A DNA stretch of 64,000 nt from Bdellovibrionales bacterium (GTDB lineage Bacteria; Bdellovibrionota; Bdellovibrionia; Bdellovibrionales; UBA1609). How positions within the stretch are numbered: the stretch's first letter is position 1; each line of letters starts with the position of its first letter. Both the position numbers and the translations under genes were made by a program. The stretch spans positions 7,402 through 71,401 of the forward strand of contig DAIDIG010000008.1 of NCBI GenBank assembly GCA_027459485.1, read 5' to 3'. Below the pieces are notes generated by a model. It did no database searches. It was not told where the DNA came from and was given only the letters and a program-made list of their open reading frames with translations. Positions 12,347 through 21,365 of this stretch are shown in pieces.

Positions 12347-12724
12347 CTACCCTTTGGGCATATAAGAAGCACCCTCAAAGACAACACCCTCATCGATTCG
12401 GAGGCTAGGCGTAGTAACCGTCCCCATGAAGCTGGCGGGTGGGTGCATGACCACTTTTCGCCTCGCAAAAATATTCCCTTTGACCGATCCGCAAATTATG
12501 ACCGTCTCGGCTTCAATTTGGGCATCGACTTTGGCGCCCTGGTTGATGACGAGCGTATCATTGGTGAAGATTTCCCCGCGAAATTGCCCGCCAATTCGAA
12601 CCGTTCCCTCAAAGGTGAGTCGACCGTCGAATGTGCAGCCCTGATCTAATAGCGCGGTGACTTGCCCAGGCGCGACTGATAGCTGGGATATCTCATTACT
12701 CGCTAGAATTTGTACGTCGCTCAT
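12347..12724 (-). CDS. Bactofilin-family cytoskeletal protein
   Basis: 125-aa ORF with a repetitive beta-helix pattern typical of the bactofilin/DUF583 domain (FDGRLTFEGTVRIGGQFRGEIFTNDTLVINQGAKVDAQIEAETVIICGSVKGNIFARRKVVM). Its start overlaps the parB stop by 4 nt. Confidence 0.85.
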   Translation of the reverse strand: MSDVQILASNEISQLSVAPGQVTALLDQGCTFDGRLTFEGTVRIGGQFRGEIFTNDTLVINQGAKVDAQIEAETVIICGSVKGNIFARRKVVMHPPASFMGTVTTPSLRIDEGVVFEGASYMPKG

Positions 12725-13674
12725 CTTGCTGACTTCCTTAGTTTTTCTACAAACTGGTTGAGTTCATCGTCCGAATAAAAGGTGAAGGTCATGGTGCGGG
12801 TTTTACCCACTGATTGGATTGCCACCTTCGTGCCTACAAGCTGTTGCATTTCTTGGACTAGCTGCTTTACGGCTGTGAGTTCAGCTGCACCTTCGATATC
12901 TTTTTCTGCACCCTGAGCTTTAGCAACAAGCTTTTCTACAGCCCGGACCGATAGCCTCAGTTGCACGGTTTTTCTGGCAAGCTGAATTTGTAGTTTTGGA
13001 TCAGTGACGCTTAATAAAACCTTAGCTTGCCCGAGCTGAAGGTCGCCCGCTTTTACCAAGTCTTTCACTTGTGGCGTCAACTGCATAAGTCGCAAAAGGT
13101 TTGCAACCGTGGCGCGATCTTTGCCAACCTTTTCGGCGATTTGTTGTTGAGTGAGCGCGTATTTATTCGCGAGAACGGCGTACGCTTCCGCCTCTTCGAG
13201 TGCATTTAAATCATGCCGTTGCACATTTTCAACAAGCGCAAGCTCGAGTGTCTCTTTGTTTTCGGCGGTACGAATAATAATAGGTATTTCTTTTAACCCC
13301 GCGAGTTGGGCTGCGCGCCATCGACGCTCACCCGCGATAATTTCATGTTCGCCACCGGGCAAGGACCGCGTGACGATCGGCAGAATAATACCGTTTTGCT
13401 TAATCGATTGCGCCAGTTCATTTAGCTTGACCGAGTCAAAATGCTTGCGCGGCTGGTTGGCGTTAGGCCGCACCTTCTCGATGGCAACCTTCCATACTCG
13501 CGTTGATGAATCGGCAGGCGAAGCCACAATTTGCTTCGTTTCGATCTTTTCTGCCGCGGGGAGGGCATTGGCTTGCTCGTTGGATGCACTAATTTCACCA
13601 AGCAAGCTCCCGAGGCCTCGGCCCAATCCTCTTTTGTTATTCAATTTGCGAACAGATTGTAATTCTTCAGACAT
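12721..13674 (-). CDS. parB: Chromosome partitioning protein ParB
   Basis: Contains GLGRGLGSLLGE, the ParB box IIAGERRWRAAQLAG and an HTH (LTQQQIAEKVGKDRATVANLLRL). Start set at the internal ATG at 13674 (MSEELQS...); the longer ORF-track start at 13833 would overlap parA by 167 nt. Confidence 0.93.
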   Translation of the reverse strand: MSEELQSVRKLNNKRGLGRGLGSLLGEISASNEQANALPAAEKIETKQIVASPADSSTRVWKVAIEKVRPNANQPRKHFDSVKLNELAQSIKQNGIILPIVTRSLPGGEHEIIAGERRWRAAQLAGLKEIPIIIRTAENKETLELALVENVQRHDLNALEEAEAYAVLANKYALTQQQIAEKVGKDRATVANLLRLMQLTPQVKDLVKAGDLQLGQAKVLLSVTDPKLQIQLARKTVQLRLSVRAVEKLVAKAQGAEKDIEGAAELTAVKQLVQEMQQLVGTKVAIQSVGKTRTMTFTFYSDDELNQFVEKLRKSAR

Positions 13675-14494
13675 GGGCGTGATCCTGTGTGTGTTCAATG
13701 TGCTCGCCGTTGAAATTTTCAACTGGCTTAAAAAGTCGTTGATCGAGTTCAATCGCAAGTTCCAGATATTTTTTGGCGCCGACTGACTTCGGATCATATG
13801 TGAAGATCGATTGGCCGTGGCTGGGCGCCTCACTCAAGCGAACGTTTCGAGGTATAATTGAACGAAAAACTTTTTCGCCAAAATGTGTTTGAATTTCGCT
13901 TACAACTTGGTGGCTCAGGTTATTTCTGGCATCGAACATGGTCAGAACAATCCCTTCGATTTTCAGCTCAGGATTTAGGTTTTTTTTAATGAGGCCCGCC
14001 GTGTTGAGAAGCTGACTTAAGCCTTCAAGCGCGTAGTATTCACACTGAAGCGGGACCAAAAAACTATCAGCAGAACAAAGCGCATTTACGGTTAGAAGAC
14101 CAAGCGATGGCGGGCAATCAATTAGAACATAATCAAAATCTGCCGAAACTTCATATAACGCGCTGCGCAATTTATATTCTCTTTGCTCGGTGTCGACGAG
14201 TTCGATTTCTGCCCCTACAAGATCGGGATTTGCCGTTGCGACTTTTAGTCCTTGAACTTGAGTAGTCTGAATAACTTGACTAATCAGCTTCTGCCCAACG
14301 AGCACATGATAAATATTGTTGTCTTGATTTTCGTATTTTTTGATGCCGAGGCCGCTTGAGGCGTTACCCTGAGGATCCATATCGACAATCAGCACGGCAC
14401 GGCCGATTTGACTTAATGCTGCTGCCAGATTAACGGTCGTCGTCGTTTTTCCGACGCCGCCCTTTTGATTAGCCACGCAAATTGTGTAAGCCAT
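13667..14494 (-). CDS. parA: Chromosome partitioning ATPase ParA (Soj)
   Basis: Has the deviant Walker A motif NQKGGVGKTTTTVNLA. Start chosen at the ATG at 14494 (MAYTICVANQKGG), which is preceded by GGGGGAAG; the ORF-track start at 14527 is also possible. Confidence 0.93.
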   Translation of the reverse strand: MAYTICVANQKGGVGKTTTTVNLAAALSQIGRAVLIVDMDPQGNASSGLGIKKYENQDNNIYHVLVGQKLISQVIQTTQVQGLKVATANPDLVGAEIELVDTEQREYKLRSALYEVSADFDYVLIDCPPSLGLLTVNALCSADSFLVPLQCEYYALEGLSQLLNTAGLIKKNLNPELKIEGIVLTMFDARNNLSHQVVSEIQTHFGEKVFRSIIPRNVRLSEAPSHGQSIFTYDPKSVGAKKYLELAIELDQRLFKPVENFNGEHIEHTQDHAHV

Positions 14495-14582
14495 TTCTTC
14501 CCCCTGTGCTTGTAATAATTTAGCCAATGGTCTTAGATAAAATCAAAGGGTTTTGCTCAATTGTTTGAGAAAAAAAGACGAT

Positions 14583-14598
14583 TGTTCCACGTGGAACA
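14583..14598. promoter_or_regulatory. parS: parS centromere site (perfect 16-bp palindrome TGTTCCACGTGGAACA)
   Basis: Close match to the canonical parS consensus tGTTNCACGTGAAACa. Located in the parA-proximal intergenic region, 5 nt upstream of the GTG of the lipoprotein gene. Confidence 0.85.
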
Positions 14599-14602
14599 TT
14601 TC

Positions 14603-15046
14603 GTGAAAACTCTATTATTGCTCCTCGTTTTGTTCGCATTCTCCGCGTGTCACCGCGAAGATCCGTATCCAGAGCTACGAGACCCAATTTACGAAGATTT
14701 GTTGCACGACCTACAGGAAAAGACCGCAGCTCGAGACGATGCTCAAAAGCAAGTTGAATCACTTAAAAAATCGATCGCAGACTCTCAGCCACGAACCTCA
14801 GAGCGCGCCGAGGATAAGATGGCCCTGCGCCGCGAAGAGAAGTTGTACCAAAAACTGATACAAGAGGTTGAATACGCAAAAATTCGAACTGAAAGACGCC
14901 GAGTTGAAGGCCGTCGGGACTATAAAATAGCATTTTTAAAAGGTAAAGAGTGGCCAGATCCTGAAGAATATAAGCGCTATTTGCTAAGTAAAAAATTAAA
15001 TTCTGTATCAGAAAGCTGGAGTAGCCCGCCGAAGCACGAAAAGTAA
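14603..15046 (+). CDS. Hypothetical coiled-coil lipoprotein
   Basis: An in-frame GTG at 14603 gives (M)KTLLLLLVLFAFSAC with a lipobox Cys. The rest is charged and helical (EKLYQKLIQEVEYAKIRTERRRVEGRR). It is the only plus-strand gene in a 15-kb minus-strand run. The ORF-track start at 14561 would place parS inside the coding sequence. Confidence 0.6.
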   Translation: MKTLLLLLVLFAFSACHREDPYPELRDPIYEDLLHDLQEKTAARDDAQKQVESLKKSIADSQPRTSERAEDKMALRREEKLYQKLIQEVEYAKIRTERRRVEGRRDYKIAFLKGKEWPDPEEYKRYLLSKKLNSVSESWSSPPKHEK

Positions 15047-15062
15047 TGTTCCACGTGGAACA
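15047..15062. promoter_or_regulatory. parS: parS centromere site (second identical copy, TGTTCCACGTGGAACA)
   Basis: Same 16-mer as at 14583-14598. It starts at the nucleotide following the lipoprotein stop codon. Confidence 0.85.
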
Positions 15063-15077
15063 ATTGATTAATCAATT
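15062..15077. repeat. Perfect 16-bp AT-rich palindrome AATTGATTAATCAATT abutting parS
   Basis: Self-complementary when read by eye. It shares one nt with the parS palindrome and lies in the 44-nt gap between the convergent lipoprotein and rsmG genes. Confidence 0.6.
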
Positions 15078-15090
15078 TATTCAAGAGTAG

Positions 15091-15747
15091 TCATTTTCGA
15101 ATACTCAAAATCACCGAAAGCTTACTTCCAGTTACCGGCAATACGTAACCGCCGACTAAATTCGGTTCCCAGGAGGCTAAAATCTGCGCCGGGATCTCCG
15201 CAACCTCACCAGGCCAACTCTCACCCTTCATATGAAATAACTCACAACCTGGGGCCGCTATTCTTCTCAATGCTAATAGGGTCTTGGCAAGAGACGCAAA
15301 CCCACGGCAAATACCACACGTCAGAACCTCGTCGCCTAAGCCCTCAGCTCGAGCGTGGGTCGGAAAACAATTTTTGAGCCCGAGCTTGCTGATCGAATGT
15401 TTGAGGAATTCAATCTTCCGGGTATCCGAATCTAAAAGGCGAACGACTCTATCAGGTGCCAAAATAGCCAGCACGATCCCTGGAATTCCATTGCCAGACC
15501 CGATGTCGTAAATCTCTCGCTTGTCGCTTGTCTTCAACAAAATCTCACTGGCGAAAATCGCATCTGCAATATGAGTCGCATCCGAGTCCGCTTCGGTCCT
15601 CGGCGAAATAAGGTTTATTCGTTTATTAAAATGCAAAATCTCGGCATGGTAGCTCTGCAACTTAGATAAAGTGTTTTCATTGAGATGCGGAAACCACTCC
15701 GGCACTCGCCATGCCAGATTTCCGGAATTACTTGTGTCGCTTGTCAT
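15091..15747 (-). CDS. rsmG: 16S rRNA (guanine527-N7)-methyltransferase
   Basis: 218-aa ORF with the SAM motif IYDIGSGNGIPGIVLA. It follows mnmG with a 4-nt overlap (classic gidA-gidB order). Confidence 0.92.
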   Translation of the reverse strand: MTSDTSNSGNLAWRVPEWFPHLNENTLSKLQSYHAEILHFNKRINLISPRTEADSDATHIADAIFASEILLKTSDKREIYDIGSGNGIPGIVLAILAPDRVVRLLDSDTRKIEFLKHSISKLGLKNCFPTHARAEGLGDEVLTCGICRGFASLAKTLLALRRIAAPGCELFHMKGESWPGEVAEIPAQILASWEPNLVGGYVLPVTGSKLSVILSIRK

Positions 15748-17618
15748 GTTGCTCTCTCGGCTGCCTTTAAATGAACCATTATAGCTTGAACAGCGCTTGG
15801 ATTCACTCCACTAATGCGGCTAGCCTGCCCCAAGCTCCTTGGCGCAACTTTCTTAAGCTTCTCGCGCTCTTCGCGCGACAAACCATGAATCCTCTCAAAA
15901 TCGAGTCCTTGTGGGAGCAAAATATTATCGATCGCCTTGGCCTGTTCGACTAAACGCCTCTGCCGCTCTATGTACCCTTCGTATTTGATCTCAATCTCCA
16001 CAGGCTCCAAAACCTTATCGAAGTCGTAATTAGCACCAAATCCAAAAGCTCGAAGCTTCAAACAACTAAACTCATCCCGGCGCAATAACTCTTTAAACTT
16101 CAAAGGCTTTTGTAAAACAGGCGAGTTCAATTCAGACAAAATCTTCTGGGTCTCTGGCGACGGCACGACGCTGCGATCTTGCAATTCTCTTCTTACTAAA
16201 TCCCGCGCTGACAATACGCGCTCATAATCCCGCAATAAATCATCCGCCACCAGACCATTGTCCAAGCTCACCTTAAACAACCTATCAAGAACATTATCTT
16301 CTCTAAGTACCAGGCGATGCTCCGCTCGAGAAGTCATCATGCGATATGGTTCTTTGGTACCCTTAGTAACCAAATCATCAATTAATACCCCAATATACGC
16401 CTGATCTCGCCCTAATATCACAGGTTCATTTTCTCGGCATTTCATAGCGGCGTTGATACCAGCCATTAAACCCTGGGCTGCCGCTTCTTCGTAGCCACTA
16501 GTCCCATTGATTTGGCCGGCAAAAAATAAACCCGTTACCCCTTTGGTCTCAAGAGTCGGAAGAAGTTGGGTCGGCTCAAAGAAATCATATTCAACGGCAT
16601 ATCCCGCACGAACCAGCTTCACGCATTCAAGCCCAGGCATAGTCCGCAAAAAATCGTACTGAACCGGCTCCGGCAAACTCGTCGACATGCCCTGAATGTA
16701 AATTAATTCAGAATCGAGGCCTTCCGGTTCTAAAAAGCTTTGATGATTCAATTTATCGGCAAAGCGGGTCACCTTATCTTCTATGCTAGGACAATATCTT
16801 GGCCCCACACCCTGAATGACTCCGCAAAACATCGGCGACTTATCAAGATTCTTACGAATAATCTCATGCGTCTTCTCGTTCGTATAAGTAATAAAGCAAG
16901 GCACTTGAGGCAGGTTCATTTTACTCGTACTACGAAAGCTAAATGGAATGAATCGGTCATCTCCGACTTGAGCCTTTGTTTTTGAAAAATCAATGCTCGA
17001 TTTAAGCGCCCGCGCCGGCGTGCCTGTTTTCAGTCGCGAGACTTTAAAACCAAGCGACGAAAGCTGATTCGAAATACCAATCGTTGCTTGGTCGCCGATT
17101 CGACCACCCGGCACCTGTTTGAGGCCGAAATGCATAACGGCATTCATAAAAGTGCCCGCACATAAAACGACTGTTTTTGAAAAAATCTTTGTGCCGTCAC
17201 TTGTGACAATCCCGCGACAAACCGATTTATCAATTATTAGCTCGCGAGCTTCCAGTTCACGAACCGATAAGTTTTCGCACGACTGAACCCGCTCTCGCAT
17301 ATAGTCACAATACCGGTCCTTGTCGCATTGAGCCCGAGAGCCTCGCACGGCTGGCCCGCGGCTCGCATTCAAACGTCTAAACTGAATACAATTTTTGTCG
17401 GCGGCAATCCCCATTTCTCCGCCAAGAATATCAATCTCTTTCACCATGTGACCTTTGGCCAAGCCACCGATGGATGGATTGCAACTCATATAACCAATTC
17501 TGCTCAAATTATTAGTTAACAATAATGTCGAAAGGCCCAGGCGGCTCGCAACAAGGCTTGCTTCAATTCCGGCGTGCCCCGCGCCTATCACAATGACGTC
17601 AAAGTTCTCCATCGTCAT
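15744..17618 (-). CDS. mnmG: tRNA uridine 5-carboxymethylaminomethyl modification enzyme
   Basis: 624-aa ORF with the FAD motif FDVIVIGAGHAGIEA, plus GPRYCPSIEDK and GQINGTSGYEEAAAQG. Confidence 0.97.
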   Translation of the reverse strand: MTMENFDVIVIGAGHAGIEASLVASRLGLSTLLLTNNLSRIGYMSCNPSIGGLAKGHMVKEIDILGGEMGIAADKNCIQFRRLNASRGPAVRGSRAQCDKDRYCDYMRERVQSCENLSVRELEARELIIDKSVCRGIVTSDGTKIFSKTVVLCAGTFMNAVMHFGLKQVPGGRIGDQATIGISNQLSSLGFKVSRLKTGTPARALKSSIDFSKTKAQVGDDRFIPFSFRSTSKMNLPQVPCFITYTNEKTHEIIRKNLDKSPMFCGVIQGVGPRYCPSIEDKVTRFADKLNHQSFLEPEGLDSELIYIQGMSTSLPEPVQYDFLRTMPGLECVKLVRAGYAVEYDFFEPTQLLPTLETKGVTGLFFAGQINGTSGYEEAAAQGLMAGINAAMKCRENEPVILGRDQAYIGVLIDDLVTKGTKEPYRMMTSRAEHRLVLREDNVLDRLFKVSLDNGLVADDLLRDYERVLSARDLVRRELQDRSVVPSPETQKILSELNSPVLQKPLKFKELLRRDEFSCLKLRAFGFGANYDFDKVLEPVEIEIKYEGYIERQRRLVEQAKAIDNILLPQGLDFERIHGLSREEREKLKKVAPRSLGQASRISGVNPSAVQAIMVHLKAAERAT

Positions 17619-18958
17619 TTACCTATGCAGAAATCACGAAAAACTCGATCCGTGACCTCATCGGTTAACTGCGTTCCTCTAAGCTTCAAAAGTTCTTGCA
17701 GCCCGGCATACAAGTCGGAGGCTACAAATTCAGGGCTTTCATTGTTAAGCAACGCTTGCTCGGCGGTGTTAACGTAACTGAGCGCGGACGAAATCCCCTC
17801 GTATTGTCTCGCGTTCTGAATCGGCGCCTCTGCATCTACAATTGTTCTTCTGGCACGCTTTAAAATCATGGCGATCAGTTGATCAATTCCGAAACCTGTA
17901 TGCGCACTCACCAACACGTCGACTTCAATTTCAAGATTTTGCCGGATAAGATCCGATTTATTGCCGACTGTAATAATATGACAATCTCCGTCTTGATCTT
18001 CTAGCTCGAACTGCGTCTGCTGGTCAGATGCTTCAATAATTTTTAGTATTACGTCCGCAGTCTCGATCGCCTTCTTGGATCGTTCAATCCCAAGCTGTTC
18101 AACCTCATCGTTTGTGGAACGTACCCCGGCGCAATCAATAAATCGTACTCTGTGGCCGCAAATGTTCTTTGCGAAGTCGATGGTATCGCGGGTCGTACCC
18201 GGTTGAGTCGATACGATTGCCCGTTCCTCGCCGGCAAGTCGATTAAATAGACTCGATTTGCCTACATTTGGCTTTCCCACCAATACAACCGTGAGGCCTT
18301 CTTTGATTTCTCGCCCAGATTCATAACTTGCCCTGAGCCTTTGCAATTCGGCTTTCACTCTCTTTGCTCTGGAGATGATTTCTTCGTGTGGAGTAAAGGT
18401 GATGTCCTCACTCGAGAAGTCGATGTTCGCTTCTAGTTGAGCAAGGATCCAGGTAATGTCATTCTCTATGGCCTGCAACTGACTAGACAATTCGCCACGT
18501 AACCCCCTCATCGACAATTTCGCCGCCTGAAGGCTTTGGCTTTCAATCAAATCTAAAATGCTCTCGGCCTGAATAAGATCAATTCGTCCATTTAAAAAAG
18601 CCCGATACGTAAACTCGCCACGCTCGGCCATTCGCGAACCCGCAGCAACCAGTGCCCGCAGAATATTTTCAGTTACGGCTTGACTCCCGTGACAGCTAAT
18701 CTCAAAGCTTGCCTCGCCGGTATAAGAGCGACCCTTCGCAAAGTAAGTTACAATGACCTCATCCAAAATCGAAGCATCGGACGGATCGCGCAAAAAGGTA
18801 TGATAGGCATGATGCCCTTCCAGCTTTTCGCTGAGAGCTGGCGAGATCTTTCTTATGACGCCCTCAGCCCCCGCTCCACTCAACCGAATCACCGCTAAAG
18901 CAGAAACTCCTGCGGGTGTTGCCAGGGCGCAAATCACATCTTGGTCCGATCTGAACAT
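17615..18958 (-). CDS. mnmE: tRNA modification GTPase
   Basis: 447-aa ORF with the G1 motif GKPNVGKSSLFNRL, TTRD, and the C-terminal CIGK tetrapeptide. Confidence 0.96.
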   Translation of the reverse strand: MFRSDQDVICALATPAGVSALAVIRLSGAGAEGVIRKISPALSEKLEGHHAYHTFLRDPSDASILDEVIVTYFAKGRSYTGEASFEISCHGSQAVTENILRALVAAGSRMAERGEFTYRAFLNGRIDLIQAESILDLIESQSLQAAKLSMRGLRGELSSQLQAIENDITWILAQLEANIDFSSEDITFTPHEEIISRAKRVKAELQRLRASYESGREIKEGLTVVLVGKPNVGKSSLFNRLAGEERAIVSTQPGTTRDTIDFAKNICGHRVRFIDCAGVRSTNDEVEQLGIERSKKAIETADVILKIIEASDQQTQFELEDQDGDCHIITVGNKSDLIRQNLEIEVDVLVSAHTGFGIDQLIAMILKRARRTIVDAEAPIQNARQYEGISSALSYVNTAEQALLNNESPEFVASDLYAGLQELLKLRGTQLTDEVTDRVFRDFCIGK

Positions 18959-18961
18959 GTT

Positions 18962-19513
18962 TTATTGCGGCGATTCTTCGAGTCCCGGCTCTTCGAATGT
19001 TTCGCCACCCTTGACTGCGTAAATTTTTATTTTCTTAAAGAACCCGTCACCAACCGATCGACTCTTGACCCGGCTGTCTTCCGCCAAATATTGATGGATC
19101 ACTTTTCGATCACGCGGCGGGAGGGCGCGAAAATAAACCGGTCGGCCCTTTTCAAGCGCGACGTTCTTGAGCTTTTCAGCGAGATCGGTCAATTCTTGAT
19201 TCGCTTGCTCGCGAAATCCTGCGCTATCGACGTGAATACTCACGCGCGATTCAGGCAATTGGTGTTGCACGACTCGAGTCAAGAACAACTGAAGAGCATC
19301 GAGAAGTTGCCCGTCGCGAGAATAAAACATTTCTTCGTCTTCTCCGCTCACTTCGACTCGAATGCTCTCTTCACCTTCGCGATTCACTTGATAATCAAAT
19401 TGGAGCCCGGACGTCTCAACAAGCCCTTGCAGGCAGTCTTGAACGATCTCCCAAGCCTCACTCGGCTTCTCTTCCGCTTTTTTTCCGAACAGTTTGCCAA
19501 AAAAACCCGACAT
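18962..19513 (-). CDS. jag: Jag/KhpB-type KH + R3H RNA-binding protein
   Basis: 183-aa ORF with an R3H-like block (FRALPPRDRKVIHQYLAEDSRVKSRSVGDG). Canonical position between yidC and mnmE. Confidence 0.8.
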   Translation of the reverse strand: MSGFFGKLFGKKAEEKPSEAWEIVQDCLQGLVETSGLQFDYQVNREGEESIRVEVSGEDEEMFYSRDGQLLDALQLFLTRVVQHQLPESRVSIHVDSAGFREQANQELTDLAEKLKNVALEKGRPVYFRALPPRDRKVIHQYLAEDSRVKSRSVGDGFFKKIKIYAVKGGETFEEPGLEESPQ

Positions 19514-19527
19514 ATAACCTCTCCTTG

Positions 19528-21114
19528 TTAGGCATGAACGACAGACAATTGCTTATTTTCTTTCATAGTAAAATACTGCTGCACGAACCCAAATAACGAG
19601 CTGACAAAAATATAAAGCGTTAATCCGCTCGGCAGCTGCACACACATGGCTGTAAAAATAATCGGCATAAACATCATCAGTTTTTGTTGCGATGGGTCCA
19701 TCGTGTTCGGCGTGATCTTTTGCTGTGCCCACATCGCGACACCCATTAATACGGGGATAATATAATATGGGTCTTTCGCGCTGAGATCATGAATCCAAAA
19801 TATAAAAGGGGCTTTGTATAATTCGATACTTTGACCAATCACCTCATATAATGCGAAAAATATCGGGATTTGCAAAAACATAGGTAAACATCCGCCCACC
19901 GGGTTGGCCTTGTTCGCCTTCATGAGCTGAAGCATTTCTTGATTTAGTCGTTGCGAGTCGTCTTTATATCTCTCGCGAAGCGCTTTGATCTGCGGCTGGA
20001 TGCGTGCCATAGCCTTCATCTGCTTGTAACTCAATATGGTAAAAGGCGCGACGGCAAGCCGGACTATAAATGTCAGAACAATAATCACCCAGCCCCAATT
20101 CGGTATGACCGAGTGAATGAGTTTCATCAGCCAAAAAATCCATTTGCCGATCGTTTGAAAAAACCCGAAATTCACCAATCCAGTCATATCGGGTGAAATA
20201 CTATTTAGTAGATCATACGATTTTGGGCCGGCGAACCCCGTGTAAGAAATTTTAAAAATTTGCGCCGGATTAAACATCTGATAGGTGAGCGTCCCAATTG
20301 CCGTCGGCTCGACACCGAGCTCAGAATGAATCTGAAGGTCGGGCATTATCTGAGAACGATCCAAAATCGCCGTCGCAAAGTATTGTGACCCGTAACCCGC
20401 AACAATCGTTTTTGAATAGTTTTCGCTCACGCTTTTTGTTGGAGTAAACAGCGTACGGCTAGTTTTACCATCATGATTGATGAAAAATTCCTGTCGATTA
20501 AATCGTCCTTTTAGAAACCCTGAGGCCGCCGGCGGGATTTTATCTGCTATTTCTGTAACAAGCCCTTTAAATCCTGAATTCGGATTTGCCACATCGATTT
20601 CCGTCTTAAATGTGTACTTGGACGTGTCCACCTGAATACGTTTTGTAACAACCATTGTGCCAATTCTAGCTTCGCCGACGAATGAATCCGCGCTATCTTG
20701 GCGAATATCGAAGTTGATCGGGCTGTTTTGCCCAAGAATCCACGTGCTGAACAGCCCGTAACTGGATCCATTGGCGAAGGTCACATTTTTATCAGTGCGA
20801 GTTGTGTACTTACTTAATACGACGTCACGAATCGCCATGCCGCGCGATGAAACAACAAAGCTCCAGGTTGGGTTTGAAAAATTAAGCACGGTTTCAGCTG
20901 TTTCAGCGGGTGCTTCCGGTGTCGACTCCGCAGAATCGTTGCCTTTCACAGAATTCTTAGCCGTCGCTTTTTCTTCGGCCGCCTTTGTCGGTGCCGATGG
21001 AACTTTACTTGGGTACTTCTTTTCTAGGTAAGACTGCCAGCCCATCCACACAACGCCGACTAAAACGATGGTCAATATAAAGCGAGAATCAAATGTAGGG
21101 TTTTGTTGTTCCAT
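19528..21114 (-). CDS. yidC: Membrane protein insertase YidC
   Basis: 528-aa ORF with an N-terminal TM helix, a large periplasmic domain, and a C-terminal 60-kDa IMP core (NPVGGCLPMFLQIPIFFALY, LPSGLTLYIFVSSLF). Confidence 0.93.
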   Translation of the reverse strand: MEQQNPTFDSRFILTIVLVGVVWMGWQSYLEKKYPSKVPSAPTKAAEEKATAKNSVKGNDSAESTPEAPAETAETVLNFSNPTWSFVVSSRGMAIRDVVLSKYTTRTDKNVTFANGSSYGLFSTWILGQNSPINFDIRQDSADSFVGEARIGTMVVTKRIQVDTSKYTFKTEIDVANPNSGFKGLVTEIADKIPPAASGFLKGRFNRQEFFINHDGKTSRTLFTPTKSVSENYSKTIVAGYGSQYFATAILDRSQIMPDLQIHSELGVEPTAIGTLTYQMFNPAQIFKISYTGFAGPKSYDLLNSISPDMTGLVNFGFFQTIGKWIFWLMKLIHSVIPNWGWVIIVLTFIVRLAVAPFTILSYKQMKAMARIQPQIKALRERYKDDSQRLNQEMLQLMKANKANPVGGCLPMFLQIPIFFALYEVIGQSIELYKAPFIFWIHDLSAKDPYYIIPVLMGVAMWAQQKITPNTMDPSQQKLMMFMPIIFTAMCVQLPSGLTLYIFVSSLFGFVQQYFTMKENKQLSVVHA

Positions 21115-21116
21115 GA

Positions 21117-21365
21117 TTAATTATGCCCTTGGTTTTTGGGTATGGGATCAAATCCATAGCCGCCGAAAGGGCGACAAGACAAAACGCGGCGAACCGATAA
21201 AGCGAGGGCCCTATTAAAAGGCAGTTGTTCAAAACACTCCGCAGAGTATTCGGAACAAGATGGGTAATAACGACAATTTCCACCTAAAAACACGCCTAAA
21301 GTTACCTGGTACGAACGTACGGCCATCAGTGCGACAACTTTAGGTGTCGAAACAGCCAATCGCAT
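21117..21365 (-). CDS. yidD: Membrane protein insertion efficiency factor YidD
   Basis: Signature YQVTLGVFLGGNCRYYPSCSEYSAECF...GGYGFDPIPK. The start is uncertain: ATGs at 21410, 21365 and 21326 are all in frame, and the ORF overlaps the 3' end of rnpA. Confidence 0.8.
   Translation of the reverse strand: MRLAVSTPKVVALMAVRSYQVTLGVFLGGNCRYYPSCSEYSAECFEQLPFNRALALSVRRVLSCRPFGGYGFDPIPKNQGHN

Noticed and set aside
13151-13786. 211-aa plus-strand ORF antisense to parB/parA.
   Set aside because: It lies entirely inside the strongly supported parB/parA coding sequences. It has the Ser/Ala/Arg/Cys-rich composition typical of antisense frames, and no recognisable motif or RBS.
13675-13833. N-terminal 53-codon extension of parB given by the ORF track.
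   Set aside because: It would overlap parA by 167 nt. The internal ATG at 13674 gives the usual ParB N-terminus just before the GLGRGL motif, with only an 8-nt overlap.
18941-19531. 196-aa plus-strand ORF antisense to jag.
   Set aside because: It fully overlaps the jag (KH/R3H) gene, which sits in its canonical yidC-jag-mnmE context. It has no motifs, so it is most likely a shadow ORF.
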